From: an uncultured delta proteobacterium
Lineage (GTDB): Bacteria; Desulfobacterota; BSN033; UBA1163
Assembly (NCBI GenBank): GCA_963827685.1
Contig: CAWHBU010000003.1
Location: 64,001 to 128,000 of the forward strand
Reading direction: 5' to 3'
DNA: 64,000 bases
Position 1 is the stretch's first letter; every line of letters begins with the position of its first letter. Positions 20,091 through 28,479 of the stretch are shown in pieces. The notes under the pieces are model-generated. The model was not told where the DNA came from. It was given only the letters and a program-made list of their open reading frames with translations, and did not search any database. The position numbers and the translations under genes were made by a program.

Positions 20091-20759
20091 ATGATCGTAG
20101 CGAACCGTAAGTCATTGGAAGAGATTCTGAATATGCTCAAACCCTACAAGAAGGTACTTCTATTGGGTTGTAATGAGTGTGTAACAGTGTGTGCTGCCGG
20201 AGGAGAAAGGGAGGCAGGAGTCCTGGCCTCGGAACTGAAGCTCTCCCGTGCTAAGGATGGCCAGGAGATCGAGATCCGGGAGCAGACCCTGGAGCGTCAG
20301 TGTGATCATGAATATATCGATCAGGTTCGACCTTTTGTGGGGGACTATGAAGTGATCCTTTCGATGGCCTGTGGGGCAGGGATTCAGTATGTGGCAGAGA
20401 AATATCGGACAAAAATTGTTCTTCCTGCAGTCAATACCACCTTTCTTGGGGTCACCTTGGAGCAGGGGGTATGGAGTGAGCGGTGTCAGGGGTGTGGGGA
20501 GTGTATCTTGCATCTGACCGGAGGGGTTTGTCCGATTTCCCGGTGTGCGAAGAGCTTGCTCAATGGGCCTTGTGGAGGGTCTTCGAATGGGAAGTGCGAG
20601 GTGGACAAGGATCTGGATTGTGGTTGGCAGTTGATCATAGATAGACTTAAGGAACTCAATCAGTTGGATCGTTATGAGGAGATCATCCCGGTCAAGGATT
20701 GGACGACCTCTCGAGATGGGGGGCCGCGCAAAAGGGTCAGGGAAGACTTGAGGCTTTAA
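20091..20759 (+). CDS. metV: MetV (paralog 2)
   Basis: GCNEC, ERQC, ACGAG, CQGCGEC, GGVCPISRCAKSLLNGPCGG motifs; RBS ggagg. Confidence 0.93.
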   Translation: MIVANRKSLEEILNMLKPYKKVLLLGCNECVTVCAAGGEREAGVLASELKLSRAKDGQEIEIREQTLERQCDHEYIDQVRPFVGDYEVILSMACGAGIQYVAEKYRTKIVLPAVNTTFLGVTLEQGVWSERCQGCGECILHLTGGVCPISRCAKSLLNGPCGGSSNGKCEVDKDLDCGWQLIIDRLKELNQLDRYEEIIPVKDWTTSRDGGPRKRVREDLRL

Positions 20760-20763
20760 AGAA

Positions 20764-20818
20764 AGGTTAAGGCCAAGGTTGAGGTTGAGGGAATTTTCTT
20801 AACCTCAGCCTAAACCTT
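20764..20818. repeat. Period-6 repeat hairpin (AGGTTR / AACCTY)
   Basis: aggttaaggccaaggttgaggttgagg ... cttaacctcagcctaaacctt. Same family as 26553-26611. Confidence 0.8.
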
Positions 20819-20831
20819 ATGATTTTTAGGA

Positions 20832-21764
20832 GTGGAGATGAAGACCAAGTCAAACATCGAGCGGATACTGGAGAGTGGTGGCTTTGTGGTGACCTCGGAG
20901 TGTGGGCCGCCGAGGGGAGCGGATGCGGAGGTGATCAGGAAGAAGGGGAATCTGCTCAAAGGGGTGGTGGATGCGGTCAACGTCACCGACAATCAGACCT
21001 CGGTGGTGAGAATGAGCTCCTTTTCTTCATGCATCATCCTCAAAGAGATGGGGTTTGATCCTATCTTGCAGATGGTCTGTCGGGATCGGAACCGGATAGC
21101 GATTCAGAGTGACATTCTGGGGGCAGCAGCCTTGGGGATCAATAACATCCTCTGTCTATCAGGAGATCATCAGAAATTCGGGGATCATCCGAGAGCAAAG
21201 AATGTCTTTGATATCGACTCCATCCAGTTGATTAATACTGTTAAGATCCTGAGAGATGACGGGAAGTTCTTGGGGGGTGAGGAAGTCAAGGGGAAGCCCA
21301 TACTCTTCATTGGGGCGGCAGAGAATCCCTTTGCCGATCCATTTGAGATACGGGCAGCGAGGCTGGGGAAGAAAGTGAAGGCAGGTTGTGAATTCATCCA
21401 GACCCAGTGTATCTACAACATGGAGAGATTTACCAAGTGGATGGAGATGGTGAGGGACAGAGGCCTTCACGAAAGGTGTGCGATCCTGGCCGGGGTAACC
21501 CCCTTCAAGTCGGTGGGGATGGCGAAGTATATGAAGAATTCGGTGCCAGGGATGGATGTGCCGGATGGGATGATCGAGAGGATGAAAGGGGTGCCCAAGG
21601 AGAAGCAGACTGAGGAGGGGATCAAGATTTGTGTGGAGACGATTCAGAAACTGAGGGAGATACCAGGGGTGCGAGGGATTCATATTATGGCGATAGAGTG
21701 GGAGGAGAAGGTAGCAGAGATTGCTAAAGCTGCAGGCTTACTGCCCAGACCACAAATGACGTGA
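20832..21764 (+). CDS. metF: MetF (paralog 3)
   Basis: SECGPP, NVTDNQ, CRDRNR, LSGD, FIQTQC motifs. Start GTG 20832 or ATG 20838. Confidence 0.93.
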   Translation: MEMKTKSNIERILESGGFVVTSECGPPRGADAEVIRKKGNLLKGVVDAVNVTDNQTSVVRMSSFSSCIILKEMGFDPILQMVCRDRNRIAIQSDILGAAALGINNILCLSGDHQKFGDHPRAKNVFDIDSIQLINTVKILRDDGKFLGGEEVKGKPILFIGAAENPFADPFEIRAARLGKKVKAGCEFIQTQCIYNMERFTKWMEMVRDRGLHERCAILAGVTPFKSVGMAKYMKNSVPGMDVPDGMIERMKGVPKEKQTEEGIKICVETIQKLREIPGVRGIHIMAIEWEEKVAEIAKAAGLLPRPQMT

Positions 21765-21840
21765 AGGGTGAATCGTGTCGCGTGATTCCTTTATTATATA
21801 AGTAAAGGACGAATCACCAATCACCAGTCACGAATCACGA
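21758..21840. repeat. Period-7 repeat hairpin
   Basis: gacgtgaagggtgaatcgtgtcgcgtga ... gacgaatcaccaatcaccagtcacgaatcacg. Confidence 0.8.
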
Positions 21841-21860
21841 AAAAAAGGAGGGGGAGGAAG

Positions 21861-22244
21861 ATGGCAAAGAAAATTTTGATCGTTGATGATGATCCGGATT
21901 TGGTGGAAGCGGTAACCATGATCTTAGAGTCCAAGAATTACACGGTAGCGGCTGCTTATGGTGGAATTGAGGGTCTTCAGAAGGCCAAGAGCGAAAAACC
22001 GGATCTCATCGTCCTTGATGTGATGATGCCGGACAAGGATGGGTACGCCGTATGCAAGGAATTAAAAGCCGATCCCAAGCTGGGTAAGATCCCGATCCTT
22101 CTTCTGACGGCAGTGGTCTCCAAGATTTCTACGACCCGATACACGCAGCAGATGGGACTTGAAACCGAAGCGGACGATTACATTGATAAGCCCGTAGAAC
22201 CGGAAGTATTGGTGAAACGGATCGAAGCCCTGCTAGCCAAATAG
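21861..22244 (+). CDS. Single-domain response regulator (REC only)
   Basis: LIVDDD, PDLIVLDVMMP, LLT, DYIDKP. Confidence 0.93.
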   Translation: MAKKILIVDDDPDLVEAVTMILESKNYTVAAAYGGIEGLQKAKSEKPDLIVLDVMMPDKDGYAVCKELKADPKLGKIPILLLTAVVSKISTTRYTQQMGLETEADDYIDKPVEPEVLVKRIEALLAK

Positions 22245-22257
22245 CGGCGAGAGATCA

Positions 22258-22316
22258 GTAGCGTCGGCATTTATTGCCGACGGCTTTTGTTCGCCCTCAG
22301 TAAATGGGGGCGCTAC
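22258..22316. repeat. GTAG-type REP doublet
   Basis: gtagcgtcggcatttattgccgacg...gggcgctac; near-identical copy at 46865-46919. Confidence 0.75.
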
Positions 22317-22328
22317 AATGGGGTTTAA

Positions 22329-23831
22329 ATGCCAGACCAGGCAACCATCCTTGTCATTGACGATGAGCAAATCATGAGGGATGGCTGTTCACGCATCCTC
22401 TCAAAAGATGGATGGTCTGTTATCTGCGCTGAAAACGGGGGCCAGGGATTGGAGGAGATTAAGGGCCATCCGGAGAAGATGGACGTGATCCTCCTCGATC
22501 TGATGATGCCTGGCATGAGCGGAATGGAAGTGTTAGATCAGATTCGAATTTTCGATCCGAATCTTCTCGTGATCGTCATCACGGGTTATGCCACGGTGGA
22601 GTCAGCCGTGGAGGCAATGAAGAAGGGGGCCTACGATTTCATCCCCAAACCTTTCACGCCAGACCAACTCCGCATCGTCGTCAGAAGGGCGTTGGAGAGG
22701 AGAACCCTCCAGAAAGAAACGGAGTTTCTGCGACGAGAACGGGAGAAATCCCTTCGGGATATTGCCACCGAGAAGTCTAAGATCAAAACCATCATCAATT
22801 GCATGGGCGATGGTGTCTTGGTATGCGATCGGGACAGCTGCATTGTCCTCTCCAATCCAGCGGCCAGTCGGATGCTGAAGGCCCCAGAGACCTGCCTGCT
22901 TGGAAACTTTCTCAACCAGTGTAACCTCCCCCCTGAGTTGTCTAAGATCATGGAAGAAAGTCTTCAGGCAAAGGACATGAGCTATACTTCTGTTTCACAG
23001 GAATTGAGCGTCGGCGAATCTGGAGAAATCTTTCTCCGTGCCCATACGGCCCCTGTCCGAAATGATATTGGTGAGACGATGGGGTCTGTCACCGTGCTCC
23101 AGGACATCAGCCATCTCAAAGAACTCGATAAGATGAAATCAGAGTTTATCGCCATGGTCACCCACGAGCTTCGGGCCCCTATCGCTGCGGTCGAACAGCA
23201 GTTGACCGTCATCCTGAATAAAATGGCTGGTGAGTTAACGGAAAAACAGGAACAACTTCTTTCCCGTGCCAAACAGAGAACAAATGGTCTTCTCGACCTG
23301 ATCAAAGATCTCTTGGATCTTTCCAAAATCGAAGCGGGAAAGATGGTCCAATACAAAGAACCCCTTCTCCTTCAAGAAGTGATCCAAAGAGTGGTGGATT
23401 TGATGAGGGCCGAGGCTGAAAACAAAAAGATCGATCTCCAATTCTCCACCCCTCCCAAGGTTTCTTTAGTCAACGCAGATCGTAATAGTATGGAGGGAAT
23501 TTTCACCAATCTCATCTCCAATGCCATCAAATATACCCCTGAGGGAAGAAAGGTTTGGGTCAATCTCAGTGAAGAGGGTGGTTTTGTGAAGGCCACCGTC
23601 TCTGACACAGGCATTGGCATTAAAAAAGGAGATCTCCCCCGAATCTTTGATAAGTTTTACCGAGTGAAAACCACAGAGACTCGTCAGATCGTCGGGACTG
23701 GCCTCGGACTTTCTATTGTAAAGAGCATCGTGGATGCCCATCTCGGATCCATCTCCGTTGAAAGCGAGGAGGGAAATGGAACCACCTTCACCGTCCTCCT
23801 GCCCAAAGAGTCAAATCCCGCCCCTTGTTAA
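22329..23831 (+). CDS. REC-PAS-histidine kinase hybrid
   Basis: N-terminal REC (VIDDE, LLDLMMP, ITGY, KP), PAS, H-box THELRAP, NAIKYT, DTGIG, GTGLGL. Confidence 0.92.
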   Translation: MPDQATILVIDDEQIMRDGCSRILSKDGWSVICAENGGQGLEEIKGHPEKMDVILLDLMMPGMSGMEVLDQIRIFDPNLLVIVITGYATVESAVEAMKKGAYDFIPKPFTPDQLRIVVRRALERRTLQKETEFLRREREKSLRDIATEKSKIKTIINCMGDGVLVCDRDSCIVLSNPAASRMLKAPETCLLGNFLNQCNLPPELSKIMEESLQAKDMSYTSVSQELSVGESGEIFLRAHTAPVRNDIGETMGSVTVLQDISHLKELDKMKSEFIAMVTHELRAPIAAVEQQLTVILNKMAGELTEKQEQLLSRAKQRTNGLLDLIKDLLDLSKIEAGKMVQYKEPLLLQEVIQRVVDLMRAEAENKKIDLQFSTPPKVSLVNADRNSMEGIFTNLISNAIKYTPEGRKVWVNLSEEGGFVKATVSDTGIGIKKGDLPRIFDKFYRVKTTETRQIVGTGLGLSIVKSIVDAHLGSISVESEEGNGTTFTVLLPKESNPAPC

Positions 23832-23859
23832 GAAACCACTCTGGAGTCATAATCACCCC

Positions 23860-24041
23860 AGAACGTGTGAGAAATCTAGCTCTTCCGGGTTTCGTGCGGG
23901 TGGCATCTCTCTCTTGTCCCCCCTCTATTCCCCCCTTAAATTAAGGGGGGATGAAGGGGGGTTAAGGGGAGGGTAACCCACAAAAAACCCGGAATAACGA
24001 AAAATCTAAATCTTAACTCCCCCAATTTTTTCGCACCTTCT
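23860..24041. mobile_element. MITE-like shell containing a C/G-rich palindromic core
   Basis: Outer imperfect IR agaacgtgtgagaaa / tttttcgcaccttct; inner tccgggttt / aaacccgga; core ccccccttaaattaagggggg. Confidence 0.5.
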
Positions 24042-24175
24042 CAGTTATCCGTGGCGACCGACTCCCCCGTGATGCGGCGATCTCTTAGCCGGATGTAGAC
24101 GATTCGAGAAAAAAAGGTTAAAAGAACTCTTGTTTTTGGAGCCTGAATTCGTTATTTCAATCGGTAGGGGCAAAG

Positions 24176-24678
24176 ATGTGCAACGAAGAGGCAGAGCTTA
24201 AAGAAAAAACGAGAGCCATCTTGGAAGGCGTGGGAAGCAAAAGAGAGAATCTCATACCCATTCTGCAGAAAATCCAGGAAGAGCTGGGGTATCTTCCTCC
24301 CTATGCCATGATCGAGGTGGCCCGGTTTCTTAACATACCGGAGATTGATGTCTACAGCGTAGCGACCTTCTATAATCAATTTCGCCTCACCCCTCCTGGT
24401 AAACATTCTATAAGGGTTTGCATGGGAACCGCCTGTCATGTAAAGGGTGGCCACATCACTTTGGAAGCGTGGCAAAGAAGATTGAAAATAGGACCGGGCG
24501 AAACTTCCCCTGACCGCGAGTTTGACCTCGATACAGTCGCCGTGTGGGCTGCTGTGCCATGGCACCCGTGACCGTTGTGGATAAAAAAGTGGAGGCCCAC
24601 GCTAACCCCACGAGGGTAGATGGAATCCTCCTCTCCTATCATCTCCAAAAAGAGCAAGAAGAAAAGGAAAATAATTGA
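24176..24678 (+). CDS. NuoE/HoxE/HydC-like [2Fe-2S] subunit with a 1-nt frameshift near 24542
   Basis: VATFYNQF and VCMGTACHVKG motifs. Restoring one T (gcc [t]gt gtg) gives DTVACVGCCAMAP...KENN*, ending 24678 and overlapping the next start. Confidence 0.85.
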
Positions 24679-26558
24679 AATTCGAGGAAATAAGAAAGCA
24701 GGCGCAATCCCGCTGGCAGGAAATCTGGAATGACCAAATGCCGGTGATTCTGGTTGGGACGGCCACTTGCGGGAGAGCGGCTGGCGCACTCGAAGTCCTT
24801 CAGGCAATAAAAGAAACCGTGAAGAAACAGAATCTCAATTGCCTCATCTACGAAGTGGGCTGCATGGGACACTGCTATGCTGAGCCTCTGGTCATACTTC
24901 GAAAACCGGGATTTCCTTCCATCTGCTATGGCCACGTCAGTCCGGTATTAGCTGAGAACTTGGTTACCAACCTTATCTTAAATGATGACCCATCCCTTGA
25001 ATTTGTTCTCGGTGCTCTCGAAGAGAATGACCTCGTCCCCAGTTTTTCTGATTTTCCACGGTCAAAATATGAAAAGCGAATCCTCTTAAAAAATTGCGGA
25101 CATATCAACCCGGAAGAGATAGAGCACTATATTGCGAATGGGGGATATCAAAGTCTGTCAAAAGCTCTCCAGATGAAACCAGTGGAAATTGTATCGGAGG
25201 TCAAGCGGTCTAAGTTGCGCGGTCTGGGAGGTGCAGGTTTCCCGACCGGAGAGAAGTGGGATGTCTGCCGTCACTCGGAGGGGAACCCAAAGTATCTGAT
25301 CTGTAATGGCGATGAAGGCGACCCCGGGGCTTTCATGGATCGAGCGATCTTGGAAAGTGACCCTCATTCCGTAATCGAGGGAATGGTCATTGCAGGCTAT
25401 GCCATCGGGGCCCGCCACGGTTATATCTACGTTAGAGCTGAATATCCTCTGGCTGTACAAAGAGTTCAGAGTGCCTTGCTCCAGGCAGAAAAATACAAAT
25501 TTTTGGGAGAAAATATTCTTGGGAGTGACTTCAGCTTTGACATCAAACTCTTTCAAGGTTCAGGTGCTTTTGTCTGCGGTGAGGCAACGGCGCTGATTGC
25601 CTCCATAGAGGGAAAACCCGGAATGCCCCGCCATCGGCCGCCACGCGTGGCTGTCCAAGGTCTTTTCGGAAAACCAACGATCCTCAATAATGTGAAAACC
25701 CTTGCTTACGTTCCTCATATCATCAAAAATGGGGCAGATTGGTTTTTACAAACGGGCACCGAGAGAAGTAAGGGCACAGCCGTCTTCGCCCTTGCAGGGA
25801 AAGTCGTCAACACAGGTTTGGTAGAAGTTCCAATGGGCACTACACTTCGCCAGCTCATCTTCCAGGTGGGCGGCGGCATTACCAAAGGCAAACGCTTCAA
25901 GGCCGTTCAAATTGGCGGTCCATCCGGCGGATGCCTTCCTGAGTCGGCGCTCGATCTCCCCATCGATTTCGATTCATTACAGGAGAGCGGAGCGATGATG
26001 GGCTCCGGTGGAATGGTCGTTCTCGATGAGGACGACTGCATGGTTGAAGTCGCCCGCTATTTTCTCGACTTTACCCAAAAAGAATCCTGCGGAAAGTGCA
26101 CCCTCTGTCGTCTGGGAACAAAGCAGATGCTCGACATTCTCGAGGACATCACCAAAGGCCATGGGAAAATGGAAGATCTTGAGACACTCGAGGAATTGGC
26201 AGAGGACATAAAGCAAGGATCACTCTGTGGCCTGGGCAGAACCGCACCCAATCCGGTGCTCACTACCCTGCGATATTTCCGGGAGGAATATGAGGTTCAC
26301 ATTAAAGAGGGACGCTGTCCGGCATTGATGTGTCAGACCCTTATCGCATACTACATCCTCCCTGAGAAGTGTGCACGCGGGTGCGATGCCTGTGTGGGTA
26401 CCTGTACCGTTGAAGCTATCTCTACTGACAAGAAGAGGAGAATCAAGGTCATTGACCAGGAAAAATGCGTCAAGTGCAATACATGCCTTGCTGCATGTCC
26501 TCCTCAATACGATGCCGTCATCAAATTGTCGCCACCCAACCGAGTACCAAGGGGCTGA
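24675..26558 (+). CDS. NuoF/HoxF/HydB-like NAD(P)H-binding FMN/Fe-S subunit
   Basis: N-terminal thioredoxin-like Cys domain, RGLGGAGFPTG, NGDEGDPGAFMD, FVCGEATAL, GGPSGG, ESCGKCTLCR, C-terminal ferredoxin. Confidence 0.92.
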   Translation: MKFEEIRKQAQSRWQEIWNDQMPVILVGTATCGRAAGALEVLQAIKETVKKQNLNCLIYEVGCMGHCYAEPLVILRKPGFPSICYGHVSPVLAENLVTNLILNDDPSLEFVLGALEENDLVPSFSDFPRSKYEKRILLKNCGHINPEEIEHYIANGGYQSLSKALQMKPVEIVSEVKRSKLRGLGGAGFPTGEKWDVCRHSEGNPKYLICNGDEGDPGAFMDRAILESDPHSVIEGMVIAGYAIGARHGYIYVRAEYPLAVQRVQSALLQAEKYKFLGENILGSDFSFDIKLFQGSGAFVCGEATALIASIEGKPGMPRHRPPRVAVQGLFGKPTILNNVKTLAYVPHIIKNGADWFLQTGTERSKGTAVFALAGKVVNTGLVEVPMGTTLRQLIFQVGGGITKGKRFKAVQIGGPSGGCLPESALDLPIDFDSLQESGAMMGSGGMVVLDEDDCMVEVARYFLDFTQKESCGKCTLCRLGTKQMLDILEDITKGHGKMEDLETLEELAEDIKQGSLCGLGRTAPNPVLTTLRYFREEYEVHIKEGRCPALMCQTLIAYYILPEKCARGCDACVGTCTVEAISTDKKRRIKVIDQEKCVKCNTCLAACPPQYDAVIKLSPPNRVPRG

Positions 26559-26611
26559 GGTCAAGGCTAAGGTTAAGCGAAATCTCAACCTTAACCTAAA
26601 CCTTAACCTTT
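26553..26611. repeat. Period-6 repeat hairpin
   Basis: ggctgaggtcaaggctaaggttaag ... ctcaaccttaacctaaaccttaacctt. Confidence 0.8.
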
Positions 26612-26622
26612 AACGTAAAATT

Positions 26623-27279
26623 ATGAAGAATATATCCCTAACCATTGATGGCAAGAAGATAAAAGCTCATGAGGGCGACAAAATCCTCTGGGCAGCGTTG
26701 GAAAACGGCATCTATATACCCAACCTCTGTGCCATTCAAGAAAAGATGCAACCCTCTGCTTCGTGTCGTCTCTGCTTTGTAGAGGTCGAAGGTGAGAACG
26801 ATCCCGTCATCGCCTGCACCGAACCCGTAAAAGAAGGTATGGTGGTCAACACCCGGGGTAAAAATGCCTTAAGACTTGCACGTACTTCCGCCGAGCTTCT
26901 TATGGCAAGCCACCCTGTTGATTGCGGTCATTGTTTAAAAAACCGATCCTGTGAACTTCAGAAAATTGCCAAACATCTTGGCATAAAACTTAAAACAAAG
27001 CGATTCAGAAAACTCGAAAGAAACCTCCCCATCGACGAAAGCAGTCCGCTCTTTATCTATGATCCCAATAAGTGTGTGCTCTGCGGTAAATGCGTGTGGG
27101 TATGCCAGGAAAAGTTGGGAATCGGAGCCATTGGTTTTACCAGAAGGGGTTTCAAACGAATGGTCTCCACCTTCCAAGACAAACCCCTCGGCGAATCCAC
27201 CTGTGGCCAGTGCGTTGAGTGCGTTAAGGTCTGCCCCGTCGGCTCCCTGGCATTTAAAAATAGCCGACATTCCTTCTAA
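26623..27279 (+). CDS. HoxU / NuoG-N-terminal-like Fe-S subunit
   Basis: IPNLC, SCRLC, AC [2Fe-2S]; HxxxCxxCxxxxxC; CVLCGKCVWVC; CGQCVECVKVCP. No catalytic domain. Confidence 0.88.
   Translation: MKNISLTIDGKKIKAHEGDKILWAALENGIYIPNLCAIQEKMQPSASCRLCFVEVEGENDPVIACTEPVKEGMVVNTRGKNALRLARTSAELLMASHPVDCGHCLKNRSCELQKIAKHLGIKLKTKRFRKLERNLPIDESSPLFIYDPNKCVLCGKCVWVCQEKLGIGAIGFTRRGFKRMVSTFQDKPLGESTCGQCVECVKVCPVGSLAFKNSRHSF
27148..27257 (+). repeat. 110-bp direct repeat copy 1 (hoxU 3' end)
   Basis: About 91% identical to 27891-28000 by eye. Confidence 0.9.
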
Positions 27280-27297
27280 TCTATATCTCAATCCTTG

Positions 27298-27326
27298 TTG
27301 ACTTTATTTTGCTAAATTAGTAGACT
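27298..27326 (+). promoter_or_regulatory. Putative sigma70 promoter of hicBA
   Basis: TTGACT, 17 nt, TAGACT. Confidence 0.45.
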
Positions 27327-27413
27327 TCAATAATCAATAGCTTCCTTAACTTAAAAATTACCTTTAAGATCTGAGGACTTTTTAGATATAATTGTATTAG
27401 GGAGGTATTATAT

Positions 27414-27626
27414 ATGGTTACACGGACCCTTACTGCAGTTTTACACAAGGAGGATGACTTCTTTGTTGCTGAATGTCCTGAGGTAGGGACAGTCAGTCAA
27501 GGATACAGCATTGAAGAAGCCATTGCGAACCTCAAAGAGGCCACGGAGCTTTACCTGGAAGAATTCCCAATGCCTGAAGTAACCCGACCACTTGTAACCA
27601 CTTTCGAGGCGATTATCCATGCCTAA
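27414..27626 (+). CDS. hicB: HicB-family antitoxin
   Basis: VAECPEVGTVSQG.SIEEAIANLKEATELYLE; overlaps the toxin start. Confidence 0.9.
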   Translation: MVTRTLTAVLHKEDDFFVAECPEVGTVSQGYSIEEAIANLKEATELYLEEFPMPEVTRPLVTTFEAIIHA

Positions 27627-27846
27627 ACTACGAAGGGTTTCCGGGCAAGAAGCGATTCGGGCGATGGAACGATTAGGCTTTGTCCAAATACGGCAACGTG
27701 GGAGTCACGTTGTTCTCAAGAAGAAGACGTCTGAGGGTGAAATAGGTTGTGTGATTCCTCTTCATCCCGAATTAGCAATCGGGACCTTAAGGGGAATTTT
27801 ACGTCAAGCCCGTGTTACAGCTGACGATTTTATGGCTAACGTGTAA
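27619..27846 (+). CDS. hicA: HicA-family mRNA interferase toxin
   Basis: GF..RQRGSHV, IPLH.EL..GTLRGILRQA. Confidence 0.92.
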   Translation: MPKLRRVSGQEAIRAMERLGFVQIRQRGSHVVLKKKTSEGEIGCVIPLHPELAIGTLRGILRQARVTADDFMANV

Positions 27847-27890
27847 CAATATGCATAACGAAAAAATTGTTTTAAATCCCACAAAGACAA

Positions 27891-28037
27891 GGTTTTAAGC
27901 GAATGGTTTCCACCTTCCAAGACAAACCCCTTGGCGAATCAGCCTGTGGTCAGTGCGCTGAGTGCGTTAAGGTCTGCCCCGTCAGCTCCCTGGCATTTAA
28001 GGATAAAAACTTCCCTGCTCAGAAAGTATCAGAATAA
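27891..28037 (+). pseudogene. Orphan hoxU 3' fragment (direct repeat copy 2)
   Basis: Reads GFKRMVSTFQDKPLGESACGQCAECVKVCPVSSLAFKDKNFPAQKVSE*, without the 5' part. Confidence 0.85.
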
Positions 28038-28090
28038 CCCAAACCTACTTTCTTTCTACCTCCCAAAAATATACATTGACTCGAACCAGT

Positions 28091-28186
28091 TCCCCCTCTT
28101 CCTTGATGGGAGAGGGCTGGGGTGAGGGTGCATGATCACCTTTTTTATCCCCCTCCCCTTCATCCCCTCCCGCCAAGGGAGGGGAG
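28091..28186. repeat. C/G-rich REP-like hairpin pair (family also at 23917, 33031, 35965, 39035)
   Basis: ccctcttccttgatgggagaggg...ggtgagggtg and cccctcccgccaagggagggg. Confidence 0.7.
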
Positions 28187-28455
28187 TTTTTGGGTTTTGT
28201 CTTTTTCAATGTCTATTTTCGGGTGCCTAACTTTCTCTTCCCTATTCTTTGAAATCGGTGTATATTACAATTGAAAGCGATCAAACACATAAGCCTAAAG
28301 GTTAACCGAATAACTCTTTTGTAAATTATGCGCCTGCGATATAACAGACGTCACAGTATTATTATATTGCAAGAATAGATTGTTTGGGGTGTATTTTAAA
28401 CCAAAAGAGAGCTTTTAGAGATACAAAAAAGCCTATTCCTTTAGAAAACATAGCT

Positions 28456-28479
28456 GCAACATAAAAAATAATGTTAGGC
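28456..28479 (+). other. attI-like site
   Basis: GCAAC, 12-nt A-rich spacer, GTTAGGC core. Related motifs at 44536, 49482, 52550. Confidence 0.45.

Noticed and set aside
24569-24571. TGA ending the nuoE ORF as selenocysteine
   Set aside because: It lies in the shifted frame after a 1-nt deletion and does not align with a Cys.
1158-26611. Intergenic repeat arrays as CRISPR
   Set aside because: Units are 6-8 nt, contiguous, have no unique spacers, and no cas genes are present.
27841-27880. attC after hicA (gtgtaacaat...)
   Set aside because: No matching GTTRRRY or L boxes; the hoxU duplication explains the boundary.
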